NCBI GenBank assembly: GCA_021287165.1
Contig: JAJTAY010000037.1
Span: forward strand, 38,211-102,210
Length of the DNA stretch: 64,000 bases
Direction of reading: 5' to 3'
Source: Bacteroidia bacterium
GTDB lineage: Bacteria; Bacteroidota; Bacteroidia; Bacteroidales; F082
The position numbers and the translations under genes are program-made. Numbering within the stretch: the first letter of the stretch is position 1; each line of letters starts with the position of its first letter. The notes under the pieces were generated by a model, which was not told the DNA's origin, searched no databases, and saw only the letters and a program-made list of their open reading frames with translations. Shown in pieces: positions 27,822 to 37,441 of this stretch.

Positions 27822-28907
27822 ATGAACGGCCTGATAGTTAACAATATATTGAATATCAATGGGGTTGATTGCGATCTGGACAGGCCGGATAGCCTAAGCT
27901 GGCTTGAGGCCTCTGCAGAGCCGCATTTGGCCGAACTTTCAGCATTTCTCAGACAATGGGCGGACGATGGGGAATACCTTATCCAAAAAACATCGGGCTC
28001 CACCGGAAGCCCGAAACTGTTGAAAGTGCGTCGCAGCCAGATGTTGCACAGTGCAAGGATTACCATCGAATTTTTTAGACTAGGGCAGGGGATGACGGCC
28101 CTATTGTGTATGTCGCCGGCATTTATTGGCGGGCGTATGATGGTAATCAGAGCATTGGTGGCCGGTATGAAACTCGTGGTTGTCAAGCCCGAAGAGAGTC
28201 CGCTCGTCCATCTTAATCAAAAGATTGACTTTGCCGCCATGGTGCCTTTTCAGTTTTCAAGAACAATAAAGGAAAATCCTGAAAAGTTTGCGTTTGTGGA
28301 TAAGCTGATCCTGGGAGGTGGCCCTGTTTCGAAGCTGCTTGAGGATCAGGCGCAAAACATCAAAACTGAGGTCTGGCATACCTACGGCATGAGCGAAACC
28401 CTCAGTCATATTGCTTTGCGGCCCATAAATGGTCCGGGCCGATCAGTCCGTTTCAGGCTATTGCCCGGAATAAGTCTGCGCTTCGACGATCGTTCGTGCC
28501 TGGTGATTGATGCTCCCCATTTGAACGAGGAGACGCTTATAACTAATGATCTTGGTCGTATCTATCCGGATGGTACGTTCGAGATTATCGGGCGTGCCGA
28601 CAATGTAATCGTTAGTGCCGGGCATAAGATCCATGTGGAAAAACTCGAACGGCAAATCGCCGCTTTTCTTGATACACCCTTCATCATCAGTTCTTTACCT
28701 GACAATGAGGCGGGTGAGGTGGTGGTATTGGTGATAGGGGAGAGCCTCAGCCCGCGAAGGCTTTTCGAATTGTGGAAGATGCTTGAATCGGCACTAGACA
28801 AAAAAGACCTTCCTCGCCGCATGATAACCATGGATCAAATTCCTCTCACCGGCTCGGGCAAACCCGACCGGCAGTCGATCCGCGAAAAGCTGGCGGCTAA
28901 ACCTTGA
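27822..28907 (+). CDS. menE: o-succinylbenzoate-CoA ligase (compact ANL enzyme)
   Basis: 361 aa from the ATG at 27822. Motifs TSGSTGSPK, WHTYGMSET, GRADNVIVSAGHKI, TGSGKPDR. One nt after the menC stop. Confidence 0.8.
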   Translation: MNGLIVNNILNINGVDCDLDRPDSLSWLEASAEPHLAELSAFLRQWADDGEYLIQKTSGSTGSPKLLKVRRSQMLHSARITIEFFRLGQGMTALLCMSPAFIGGRMMVIRALVAGMKLVVVKPEESPLVHLNQKIDFAAMVPFQFSRTIKENPEKFAFVDKLILGGGPVSKLLEDQAQNIKTEVWHTYGMSETLSHIALRPINGPGRSVRFRLLPGISLRFDDRSCLVIDAPHLNEETLITNDLGRIYPDGTFEIIGRADNVIVSAGHKIHVEKLERQIAAFLDTPFIISSLPDNEAGEVVVLVIGESLSPRRLFELWKMLESALDKKDLPRRMITMDQIPLTGSGKPDRQSIREKLAAKP

Positions 28908-29025
28908 GGCTTCAACCGTTTGCGTTTGATCCCGTTGTCCGAAGGCAGTCATTTTATCCCGCAATTTCGGGCTTTTACTATCTTTACGAATTAAAGAAAA
29001 AAACAAAATCCAAACGAAATAACGC

Positions 29026-30891
29026 ATGAAGGTTAAATGGTTTTTTAGGCTGTCGCTGCTATTAGGCTTTTTTTCAATACAACATCCAACGGGCATTTTT
29101 GCACAGGAAGTTAGCCGCATTGAGCCGCCGTTCTGGTGGACAGGAATGGCTGAAAGCGAACTTCAGTTGCTTGTTTACGGGAAAGATATCGGCAAAACCC
29201 GTGTCAGCCTGAGCTATCCGGGTGTCGAACTGAAGGAAGTAGTAATGGTAGAAAATCCTAACTACCTCTTTATCAACCTGAACATTGGATCTCAGGCTTC
29301 GCCCGGTATTATGCAGCTGGTATTTCAGGGAAGCCGCAAACGCCCATTGGTGATCAGTTACGAACTGAAAGCCAGGACTGAGGGATCAGCACAAAGAGGA
29401 GGCTTCGACAACGCAGATGTGATATACCTGCTTATGCCCGACCGTTTTGCCAATGGTAATCCTGCCAACGACAATATGCCAGGTATGCTCGAGAAGGCTA
29501 ATCGCGGCAATCCGGACGGCCGGCACGGGGGCGACCTTGCTGGCATTGTTAGCCACTTCGACTACCTTAAAAAACTTGGAGTAACCACCTTGTGGCTGAA
29601 TCCCGTATTGGAAAACAATATGCCGGCATATTCCTATCATGGCTATGCAATCACCGACTTTTATAAAGTTGACCCTCGATTTGGCACCAATGAGGATTAT
29701 GCCGATTTGATCCGGAAGGCTCAAGATAAAGGGCTGAAGATTGTAAAAGATGTGGTATTCAATCACTTTGGCACAAACCATTGGTGGATGAACGACCTGC
29801 CTTCGGCCGACTGGATAAACCAATGGCCGGAGTTTACGCGATCGAACTACCGGGGAGGAACACTTACCGATCCTTACGCTTCCGAATCGGATAAAAAACT
29901 CATGCTACGTGGGTGGTTCGACCGCACCATGGCCGATTTCAATCAGGATAATCCTTTTGTGTCCAACTACCTCATTCAGAACAGTATATGGTGGGTTGAA
30001 TACGCTGGTCTCGACGGCATTCGTGTGGACACCTATCCCTACAGCGGCAAATCATTTATGCGTCGCTGGAAACAGCGAATCAATAAGGAATACCCAAACT
30101 TCTCGGTGGTTGGCGAAGTATGGCTCAACACCACCCCCCAGGTTGCCTACTGGATGGGCAATGCGGCCAATGCCGACGGTTTCAATTCAGAGCTCAAACA
30201 CCTGTTCGATTTTCCGCTTAAGTATGCCATACGTGATGCTTTTAATGAATCAAATGGCTGGAGTTCAGGAGTCTCGCGTTTGTATGAAAGTCTGAGTCTC
30301 GATTTTCTATATGCCAACCCCATGAACATCGTTGTGTTTGCCGATAACCACGATGCCGACCGCATCTTCACCGCATTGCGCGACGATATACGGAAATTCA
30401 GGATGGCCATGGCTTTCCTGCTCACGGTGAGGGGAATACCGCAGATTTATTACGGCACCGAAATAGCCATGACCGGTTGGGAACATTCGGGTCATGGTTT
30501 CATACGCGAAGACTTTCCCGGTGGCTGGGATGGCGATGAGTCGAGTGTCAAAGACCGCAAAAGCCTCAAGGAAAATCAGCGTGAAGCGCTGGAGTTCATG
30601 CAGATGCTGCTCAACTGGCGAAAGAACAAAAAGGTGATCCACAATGGCAAAACAACGCATTACGTGCCCGAAAACGGTGTTTATGTTTATTTCAGGCACG
30701 ACGACAACGAATCGGTAATGGTTGTTATCAACAATAACGAAGAAAGCCGGACTTTCACCACCGAGCGCTTTGCCGAAAACCTGACTGGTTATCAAACCGG
30801 TACTGATGTGTTGCACCGCACCTATTTCGATCAGCTGCGTACAATTTCCATCCCGGCCATGTCGGCCCGCATCATCGAACTGAAACGATAA
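29026..30891 (+). CDS. GH13 alpha-amylase family enzyme, cyclomaltodextrinase/neopullulanase-like
   Basis: 621 aa with a signal peptide. N-terminal IEPPFWWTGM (cyclomaltodextrinase N-domain type). Catalytic regions DVVFNHFG, GLDGIRVDT, VGEVW, FADNHD. Confidence 0.85.
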   Translation: MKVKWFFRLSLLLGFFSIQHPTGIFAQEVSRIEPPFWWTGMAESELQLLVYGKDIGKTRVSLSYPGVELKEVVMVENPNYLFINLNIGSQASPGIMQLVFQGSRKRPLVISYELKARTEGSAQRGGFDNADVIYLLMPDRFANGNPANDNMPGMLEKANRGNPDGRHGGDLAGIVSHFDYLKKLGVTTLWLNPVLENNMPAYSYHGYAITDFYKVDPRFGTNEDYADLIRKAQDKGLKIVKDVVFNHFGTNHWWMNDLPSADWINQWPEFTRSNYRGGTLTDPYASESDKKLMLRGWFDRTMADFNQDNPFVSNYLIQNSIWWVEYAGLDGIRVDTYPYSGKSFMRRWKQRINKEYPNFSVVGEVWLNTTPQVAYWMGNAANADGFNSELKHLFDFPLKYAIRDAFNESNGWSSGVSRLYESLSLDFLYANPMNIVVFADNHDADRIFTALRDDIRKFRMAMAFLLTVRGIPQIYYGTEIAMTGWEHSGHGFIREDFPGGWDGDESSVKDRKSLKENQREALEFMQMLLNWRKNKKVIHNGKTTHYVPENGVYVYFRHDDNESVMVVINNNEESRTFTTERFAENLTGYQTGTDVLHRTYFDQLRTISIPAMSARIIELKR

Positions 30892-30909
30892 CTGTATAAA
30901 ATTCTCTCA

Positions 30910-33750
30910 ATGCCCAGTCGCCTGAAATATTGGTTCGAGCTCTTCACGGCCGGACTGTTTATTCTGATTAAGAATGCTCATGCACAGGAAGTTACAGTAG
31001 TTCCTGAAATCCCGCGCATGACCGATCGGATTACCATTACCTACGATGCCTCGCGGGGTAATGCAGCCTTGAAAGGATATGATGGAACGGTCTATTTCCA
31101 TGCAGGTCTCATAACCGCCCAAAGCCGCGACGAGCGCGACTGGAAATTTGTTGTTGGTAACTGGGGCCAGCAGGACGAACGGGTGGTAATGCGAAAGGTA
31201 AAAGCCGACGTTTATGAAGTGAGCTTTATTCCCCTTGAGTTCTTCAATGCAGAAAAGGACCTGAAAGTACTGCAGATTGCGCTGGTTTTCAGAAATGCCG
31301 ACGGCTCTGTTGTTGGAAAAACCAAAGAAGAAACGGATATCTACATTCCTCTCGAAGGTTATAAGCCGACCATAGCCAAACCCGCCGAATATTTATTCAA
31401 CGATCTGGGTTATGTGGGATATATAAAAACCGACACATCGCTCATCATCAATACATTGAACGGCGATGTGGTGATCAGACCTTTCAGCAACCAGATCGTT
31501 CAAACCAGCTGGCATCCGGCCGGATTTAAGGGTTTCGAAAAGTCCCATGCCGTAATTGCCCGACCTGAATATGTTACCGCAATGGTAGCCGAATCGGACA
31601 ATGCACTTATTTACGATTTACCTCAGGTTCAGGTGCTGATCAGCAAAAAGCCCCTGCGAATAAGTTATTTCAAGGACGGGAAACCGATTTTGCAGGACGA
31701 ACGGGGTTTGTTCGCCCGTACTGATGGGTCGGGCATGCGTTTCAGGCTCGATGATGAAGAGAAACTTTATGGTTCGGGATTCAGGGCCAGCGGCATCAAC
31801 CTGCGGGGTCGTAAACTTGGACTTTATAACCGGCCTGACTACAATTACCAGTTCGGAGCGGATAACCTCAACTATCAGGTGCCATTACTGGTCTCGTCCA
31901 AAAAATATATGCTCTTTGTGGACAACCCCCACAAAGCCTGGTTCGATGTGGACTCGAAAAACGACGGAGTGCTCGAGTTTGGCGCAGCAGGTGGACCGAT
32001 GAACTATTATCTCATCGTTGCAAAGGACTATCCTTCGCTCATGCAGCGCTATTCCGGCCTCACAGGCACCCAGCCCATGCTTCCCCGTTGGGCTTTTGGC
32101 AATCTGCAGTCGCGCATGGCCTACCGTACACAGGCCGAAACCGACAGCATCGTAAGGCTGATGATTGAAAAGGACTTTCCGATTGATGCAGTAATCATCG
32201 ATTTCTACTGGTTCGGCGACAGTATTCTGGGTCATCTGGGCCGTCTCGACTGGTGGAAATCTTCGTGGCCAGATCCTGAAAAAATGATTGCCGATTTTAA
32301 AAGTAAAGGCGTCAAAACAATCCTCATATCTGAGCCTTACATTATCGATAGCCTCAAAAACTGGAAAGAAGCCGACAGGCTTGGCATCCTTGTGCGCGAC
32401 AGCCTAGGCAGGTCGTATCGCGACAAACAGTTCTATTTCGGCACCGGCTCGCTCATTGATATTTTCAAACCTGAGGCTCAGCAGTGGCTCTGGAAGCAGT
32501 ATCGCAGGCAGTTCGATCAGGGCGTGGCTGGCTTGTGGGGCGATCTGGGCGAACCCGAAAGCCACCCTTCCGATATCGTCCACGTTTGGGGCAAAGCCGA
32601 CGAGGTGCACAATATCTACGGGCACTACTGGACTAAGGCTATCTGGGACAACTTCCGCCGCGATTTTCCCGACCGGAGATTATTTTTCTTAGCCCGAAGT
32701 GGCTTTGCAGGCACACAGCGCTATGGTATTGTGCCCTGGAGCGGCGATGTTAGCCGAAGCTGGGGCGGCCTCAAGGCACAATTGCCCGCCATGCTCAATA
32801 TGAGCCTTTCCGGATTACCCTACATGCATTCCGATGCCGGCGGATTTGCCACGGGCACAAAGGATGATGAGCTTTATACCCGCTGGTTGCAATTTTCGTC
32901 TTTTACGCCCATTCTCAGGCCACATGGTTCAACCATCCCTTCCGAGCCGGTTTATTTCAGCCAAAAAACCCAAAACATTGTAAGGCGTTTCATGAAGCTT
33001 CGCAACGAGCTGCACCCATACATTTACACCGCTGCCTGGAAAAACAGCCTCAGCGGAATACCAATCACCAGGCCGTTGTTTTTTCATCATCCTGAAGATG
33101 AGCGCTTTGCTTCGTATTTCGATGCATACTATTTTGGCGATGATATCCTCGTTGCCCCTATCACCGAGCCCGGGGTGAAAACAACAATGGTGGAGCTTCC
33201 TTCAGGCGTTTGGCACCACTTCTGGACAGGGCAACGTGTAAACGGTGGCCGACGCGTACAGGTGCAAACCGGTGAGGAAACCATACCCGTTTTTGTGAAA
33301 GCCGGCAGCATTATCCCACGCGTGGAACCATTCAACACCACCGACCATTACAGCTCGCGAAGGCTTTATCTGCATGCTTATCTACCAGGATCAGGACTTC
33401 CTTTTAGCGGGCTGATGTTCGAAGACGACGGAGTTAGCTTCGGTGCCTATGAGTCAGGGGCTTACGAATTGCTGAAGTTCGAAGGCCAGCAAGGCGTAGC
33501 GCAGCTAAGCCTCAGGCTTTCTCGCGAAGGCCAGGGCTGGGCAGGCATGCCCGAGTCGAGGCTTGTGGACCTCATTTTATATGGCCAGAATAAAACCATT
33601 CGCGAAGTGCGCTTTGGTGAAATTGAATTGCGAAAACTCGATCGCAGGCAGCAGGCGCAATCTGCTCCAGGTTTCTGGCAGGATGAGGAAGGACTCTGGC
33701 ATATCAGATTTATCTGGTTTGGTGACGACAACGTATTGAATATTAAATAA
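30910..33750 (+). CDS. GH31 alpha-glucosidase with extra N-terminal beta-sandwich module
   Basis: 946 aa with a signal peptide. GH31-type catalytic region IDFYWFGD...GLWGDLGEPE, WSGDV, MHSDAGGF. C-terminal DUF5110-like segment MFEDDGVSFGAYE. An extra N-terminal domain of roughly 130 aa is present (ITITYDASRGNAALKGYDGTVYFHAGL...WKFVVGNWG). Confidence 0.8.
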   Translation: MPSRLKYWFELFTAGLFILIKNAHAQEVTVVPEIPRMTDRITITYDASRGNAALKGYDGTVYFHAGLITAQSRDERDWKFVVGNWGQQDERVVMRKVKADVYEVSFIPLEFFNAEKDLKVLQIALVFRNADGSVVGKTKEETDIYIPLEGYKPTIAKPAEYLFNDLGYVGYIKTDTSLIINTLNGDVVIRPFSNQIVQTSWHPAGFKGFEKSHAVIARPEYVTAMVAESDNALIYDLPQVQVLISKKPLRISYFKDGKPILQDERGLFARTDGSGMRFRLDDEEKLYGSGFRASGINLRGRKLGLYNRPDYNYQFGADNLNYQVPLLVSSKKYMLFVDNPHKAWFDVDSKNDGVLEFGAAGGPMNYYLIVAKDYPSLMQRYSGLTGTQPMLPRWAFGNLQSRMAYRTQAETDSIVRLMIEKDFPIDAVIIDFYWFGDSILGHLGRLDWWKSSWPDPEKMIADFKSKGVKTILISEPYIIDSLKNWKEADRLGILVRDSLGRSYRDKQFYFGTGSLIDIFKPEAQQWLWKQYRRQFDQGVAGLWGDLGEPESHPSDIVHVWGKADEVHNIYGHYWTKAIWDNFRRDFPDRRLFFLARSGFAGTQRYGIVPWSGDVSRSWGGLKAQLPAMLNMSLSGLPYMHSDAGGFATGTKDDELYTRWLQFSSFTPILRPHGSTIPSEPVYFSQKTQNIVRRFMKLRNELHPYIYTAAWKNSLSGIPITRPLFFHHPEDERFASYFDAYYFGDDILVAPITEPGVKTTMVELPSGVWHHFWTGQRVNGGRRVQVQTGEETIPVFVKAGSIIPRVEPFNTTDHYSSRRLYLHAYLPGSGLPFSGLMFEDDGVSFGAYESGAYELLKFEGQQGVAQLSLRLSREGQGWAGMPESRLVDLILYGQNKTIREVRFGEIELRKLDRRQQAQSAPGFWQDEEGLWHIRFIWFGDDNVLNIK

Positions 33751-33774
33751 TTAAAATAACCAAAACGCTTAACA

Positions 33775-35166
33775 ATGAAAAGAAACATGCTGCAGGCTGT
33801 CGCTTTTTTGCTTACTGTAATTGTACTCGGCATTTCGTTCTGGTCGTGCAAGGGCACAAAAACCACTGCCGAAGCCAAACCAAAACCATTCTCACAGGTT
33901 GTTACACCCGAGTGGGCCAAAAACGCCGTGATTTACGAAGTGAATACCCGACAGTACACTCCCGAAGGCACTTTCAAGGCCTTTGCCAATCATTTGCCAC
34001 GGCTAAAGGAGCTTGGTGTGGATATTTTATGGTTTATGCCCATCCACCCCATAGGTGTCGAAAACCGAAAAGGTAGTCTTGGCAGCTATTACTCGGTCAA
34101 AGACTACAAAGGCGTAAATCCTGAGTTTGGTACTTTTGAAGATTTCAGGCTTTTGGTCGAAGAGGCGCATAAGCTTGGTTTCAAGGTAATTCTCGACTGG
34201 GTTGCCAACCATACAGCCCACGATCATCCATGGACACTGGAACACCCGGAATGGTATAACCGGGATGAAAACGGACAAATCCTTTCGCCTTTCGACTGGA
34301 CCGATGTGGCCGACCTAAACTACGACGACAACCCAGCGTTGTGGGATGCCATGATCGATGCGCTCAAGTTTTGGGTAGCGGAAGCAAATATCGATGGTTA
34401 CCGCTGCGATGTGGCTGGTATGGTACCCACGGCTTTCTGGGAAAAGGCACGTACCGAGCTCGATGCCATCAAGCCGGTGTTTATGCTTGCGGAAGACGAG
34501 GGCCAGCGCGATTTGATGATCAAAGCCTTCGATGCCAACTATGCATGGGAATTTCATCACATCATGAACAAGATTGCCAAAGGCGAAAAAACGGCCGAAG
34601 ATGTCTGGACCTACTTTGCAAAAGAGGACACACTTTTTGCTCCCACAAGCTATCGGATGATGTTTACCTCCAACCACGACGAAAATTCATGGAACGGCAC
34701 CGAATTCGAACGTATGGGCGAGGGAGCCAAAACTTTTGCTGTAATGACCTACACCATACCCGGCTTTCCGTTGATTTACAACGGTCAGGAGGTGGGACTT
34801 GACCACCGGTTGTTGTTTTTCGAAAAAGACCTTATCGATTGGAGCAAGGGATCAGAATACACATCGTTTTACGCCAATCTTAACCGCATCAAAAAGGAAA
34901 ACGAGGCGCTGTGGAATGCTGCCAATGGCGGTTCGTTCGAGAAGCTCGAGAGCAGCAAACCCAAAGAAGTGCTTTCATTCGTGCGTCAGAAGGGCGACAA
35001 CCGTATTGTGGTGCTGTTGAACCTCACCCCACAGGAACAAGTATTTATACTCTCGGATAAGAACTTCTCTGGCACTTTCACCGACCTGCTTAGCGGCGAA
35101 CAACGCGACATTGCAGCCGGACAGGAGATTGTGCTGCCTGCATGGGGATGCTGGGTGATGAAGTAA
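33775..35166 (+). CDS. GH13 alpha-amylase (lipoprotein)
   Basis: 463 aa. Lipobox ISFWSC. Catalytic regions DWVANHTAHDH, IDGYRCDVAG, MLAEDE, FTSNHDEN. Confidence 0.85.
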   Translation: MKRNMLQAVAFLLTVIVLGISFWSCKGTKTTAEAKPKPFSQVVTPEWAKNAVIYEVNTRQYTPEGTFKAFANHLPRLKELGVDILWFMPIHPIGVENRKGSLGSYYSVKDYKGVNPEFGTFEDFRLLVEEAHKLGFKVILDWVANHTAHDHPWTLEHPEWYNRDENGQILSPFDWTDVADLNYDDNPALWDAMIDALKFWVAEANIDGYRCDVAGMVPTAFWEKARTELDAIKPVFMLAEDEGQRDLMIKAFDANYAWEFHHIMNKIAKGEKTAEDVWTYFAKEDTLFAPTSYRMMFTSNHDENSWNGTEFERMGEGAKTFAVMTYTIPGFPLIYNGQEVGLDHRLLFFEKDLIDWSKGSEYTSFYANLNRIKKENEALWNAANGGSFEKLESSKPKEVLSFVRQKGDNRIVVLLNLTPQEQVFILSDKNFSGTFTDLLSGEQRDIAAGQEIVLPAWGCWVMK

Positions 35167-35191
35167 ACCAAAGTTTGAAATAAACTAATAA

Positions 35192-35227
35192 ACACCGGTC
35201 TCAGCTCTGAGGCTGGTGTTTTTTTTT
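35192..35227 (+). terminator. Terminator ending the GH13-GH31-GH13 cluster
   Basis: Long imperfect hairpin acaccggtctcag...ctgaggctggtgt followed by a run of 9 T. Confidence 0.8.
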
Positions 35228-35344
35228 CGAGGGTATGCAAAAACCGGAAGTATAACCAATCAGATCAGGTCATTACGCGTGATCAATGACTGTATGCTTT
35301 CCAGATGACAACGTAAACGATGTAATTCATGCATAATCAAATTC

Positions 35345-36883
35345 CTACATCCCCCAGGTTTCGCGGTCGAGGCTGCGGTAGTTGATGGCCTCGGCAAGGT
35401 GTTCGGAGCGTATGCTGCCGCTCTGATCAAGGTCGGCAATGGTGCGTGCCACTTTCAGGATGCGGTCGTAGGCTCGGGCCGAAAGGCTCAGGCGCTCCAT
35501 GGCATTCTTAAGCAGACTACGGCCGGTGTCGTCAATATCGCAATACTGGCTCAGCATCTTGCTGGACATCTGGGCGTTGGCAAAAACTTTTGGATGTCCT
35601 TTGAAACGTTCTTCCTGTAATTTTCGGGCATGCATTACCCTTTCGCGAATGATACTGCTGGGTTCGCCCGTGCTGCGGTTGGCCAGGTCTTTAAAAGGAA
35701 CTGGAACCACCTCCACGTGCAGGTCAATTCGGTCCATGAGCGGGCCGGAAATTTTGTTGAGGTATTTCTGCACCTGTCCGGGAGCGCAAACACATTCCTG
35801 ATCGGGGTGGTTGTAGTAGCCACAAGGACAGGGGTTCATGGCTGCAATGAGCATAAAGCTTGCCGGGAAATCGACCGAAAGTCGCGCTCTTGAAATGGTT
35901 ACGATGCGATCTTCCATGGGCTGGCGCATCACTTCGAGTACTGAGCGTTTGAATTCGGGTAATTCGTCGAGGAAAAGCACGCCATGGTGGGCCAATGATA
36001 TTTCGCCCGGTTGTGGGTAGGTGCCTCCTCCCACAAGGCCTGCATCCGAAATGGTGTGGTGGGGCGAACGGAATGGCCTCACGCGCACGAGGGCATTGTT
36101 GCGGCCGAGGAGCCCGGCCACTGAATGTATCTTGGTGGTTTCGAGCGACTCTTCTAGGGTGAGCGGCGGAAGGATAGAGGGCAAACGCTTGGCCAGCATG
36201 GTTTTGCCCGAACCTGGAGGGCCGATGAGTATGGCATTATGTCCGCCCGCAGCAGCTATTTCCAGTGCGCGTTTGATGTTTTCCTGCCCTTTGACATCGG
36301 CAAAATCAAACTCATAATTGTTGATACTTTGATTGAAGTCCTCGTCAATGCCGGGTTTTTGCCGTTCCAGCAGCAGCTCGTTGTTCAGAAAACCCACTAC
36401 CTGATCGATGCTCTCGGCGCCATAAACTTCCAGCTCGTCAACGATGGCAGCTTCGGCGGCATTTTCGCGAGGAACGATCATCCCCCTGAAACCCTCCTGC
36501 AGTGCTTTGATGGCTATGGGCAGGGCGCCTTTCACAGGATTGAGGCCGCCATCGAGCGAGAGCTCTCCCATAATAATGTACTGGTCAAGCATTTCGGTAT
36601 TAATCTGCCCCGAGGCGGCCATAATGCCAATGGCGATGGGCAGATCGTAGGCCGAACCCTCCTTGCGAATGTCCGCCGGCGCCATGTTGATAACCACCTT
36701 TTGCTTTGGGTACTTATAGCCTTTATTGTTGAGGGCGGCTTCTATGCGTTGCTGACTTTCCTTTACGGCGCTGTCGGGCAAACCAACAAGGAAAAACTGT
36801 ATGCCTTTGTCGATGTTTACCTCTATGGTGATGGTAATGGCTTCGATGCCAAATAGCGCGCTTCCGAATGTTTTAACGAGCAT
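35345..36883 (-). CDS. comM: YifB/ComM family Mg-chelatase-like AAA+ ATPase
   Basis: 512 aa. Walker A GPPGSGKT, FLDELPEF, zinc-ribbon-like CPCGYYNHPDQECVC. Confidence 0.9.
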   Translation of the reverse strand: MLVKTFGSALFGIEAITITIEVNIDKGIQFFLVGLPDSAVKESQQRIEAALNNKGYKYPKQKVVINMAPADIRKEGSAYDLPIAIGIMAASGQINTEMLDQYIIMGELSLDGGLNPVKGALPIAIKALQEGFRGMIVPRENAAEAAIVDELEVYGAESIDQVVGFLNNELLLERQKPGIDEDFNQSINNYEFDFADVKGQENIKRALEIAAAGGHNAILIGPPGSGKTMLAKRLPSILPPLTLEESLETTKIHSVAGLLGRNNALVRVRPFRSPHHTISDAGLVGGGTYPQPGEISLAHHGVLFLDELPEFKRSVLEVMRQPMEDRIVTISRARLSVDFPASFMLIAAMNPCPCGYYNHPDQECVCAPGQVQKYLNKISGPLMDRIDLHVEVVPVPFKDLANRSTGEPSSIIRERVMHARKLQEERFKGHPKVFANAQMSSKMLSQYCDIDDTGRSLLKNAMERLSLSARAYDRILKVARTIADLDQSGSIRSEHLAEAINYRSLDRETWGM

Positions 36884-36910
36884 GGAACTGATTGTTGGTC
36901 ATAGGCTGAC

Positions 36911-36918
36911 CAAAGGTA
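36911..36918 (-). promoter_or_regulatory. -7 element TACCTTTG upstream of comM
   Basis: Exact TAnnTTTG match on the minus strand, 27 nt before the comM ATG. A second match (TATTTTTG) lies at 36939-36946. Confidence 0.35.
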
Positions 36919-36955
36919 GCAAACAGTTGCAGGATAAACAAAAATACTGCGACCC

Positions 36956-37291
36956 CTAATTCCAGAGTGTGCCATCAAATCCAAGCACAATACCTATCCA
37001 AAGCGCAGCAAGAAAAAGCAACAAACTGATTGCAAAAACGGTAATCTTGCCTAAACCGGAGGTTGGGCTGAGGTAATTTCGCAGATAGAAAGCCAGCATT
37101 CCGGCGGCTGCAGCCAATGGCGTGATAATAAGTGGTTTGAGCATCCACCATTCGCCCCATTCCGGCTTAAATTCGTCAGCTGAAAAAATCAACAAGGTGG
37201 TGATGAGCAAGCCAATGGCCCAGCCAGATATCAAATGCCTGAAAAGGCTTTTTGGAGAAATACTTTTTGTGGTTGCTAATATTTTCATCAT
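36956..37291 (-). CDS. Small membrane protein, unknown function
   Basis: About 111 aa from the tandem ATGs (MMKILATTK...). Four hydrophobic segments. The track start at 37336 is a longer extension. Confidence 0.5.
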   Translation of the reverse strand: MMKILATTKSISPKSLFRHLISGWAIGLLITTLLIFSADEFKPEWGEWWMLKPLIITPLAAAAGMLAFYLRNYLSPTSGLGKITVFAISLLLFLAALWIGIVLGFDGTLWN

Positions 37292-37441
37292 GCTATCATT
37301 GTCATTACGGTAAGGGTTACAATAACGCCAGTCCATTGATTATTTTCGTTTAGAGCGTTTAATCCAGATCGGAATTTTCGGTCAGGCAGGTTTTTCGAGC
37401 ATCCATGCTGTAAAACCGTGAACGCCCTGTTAATTATTATT

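Noticed and set aside
28979-28986. TATCTTTA as the promoter of the glycoside hydrolase cluster
   Set aside because: It is an imperfect match to TAnnTTTG (final A instead of G). It is plausible but not strong enough to list.
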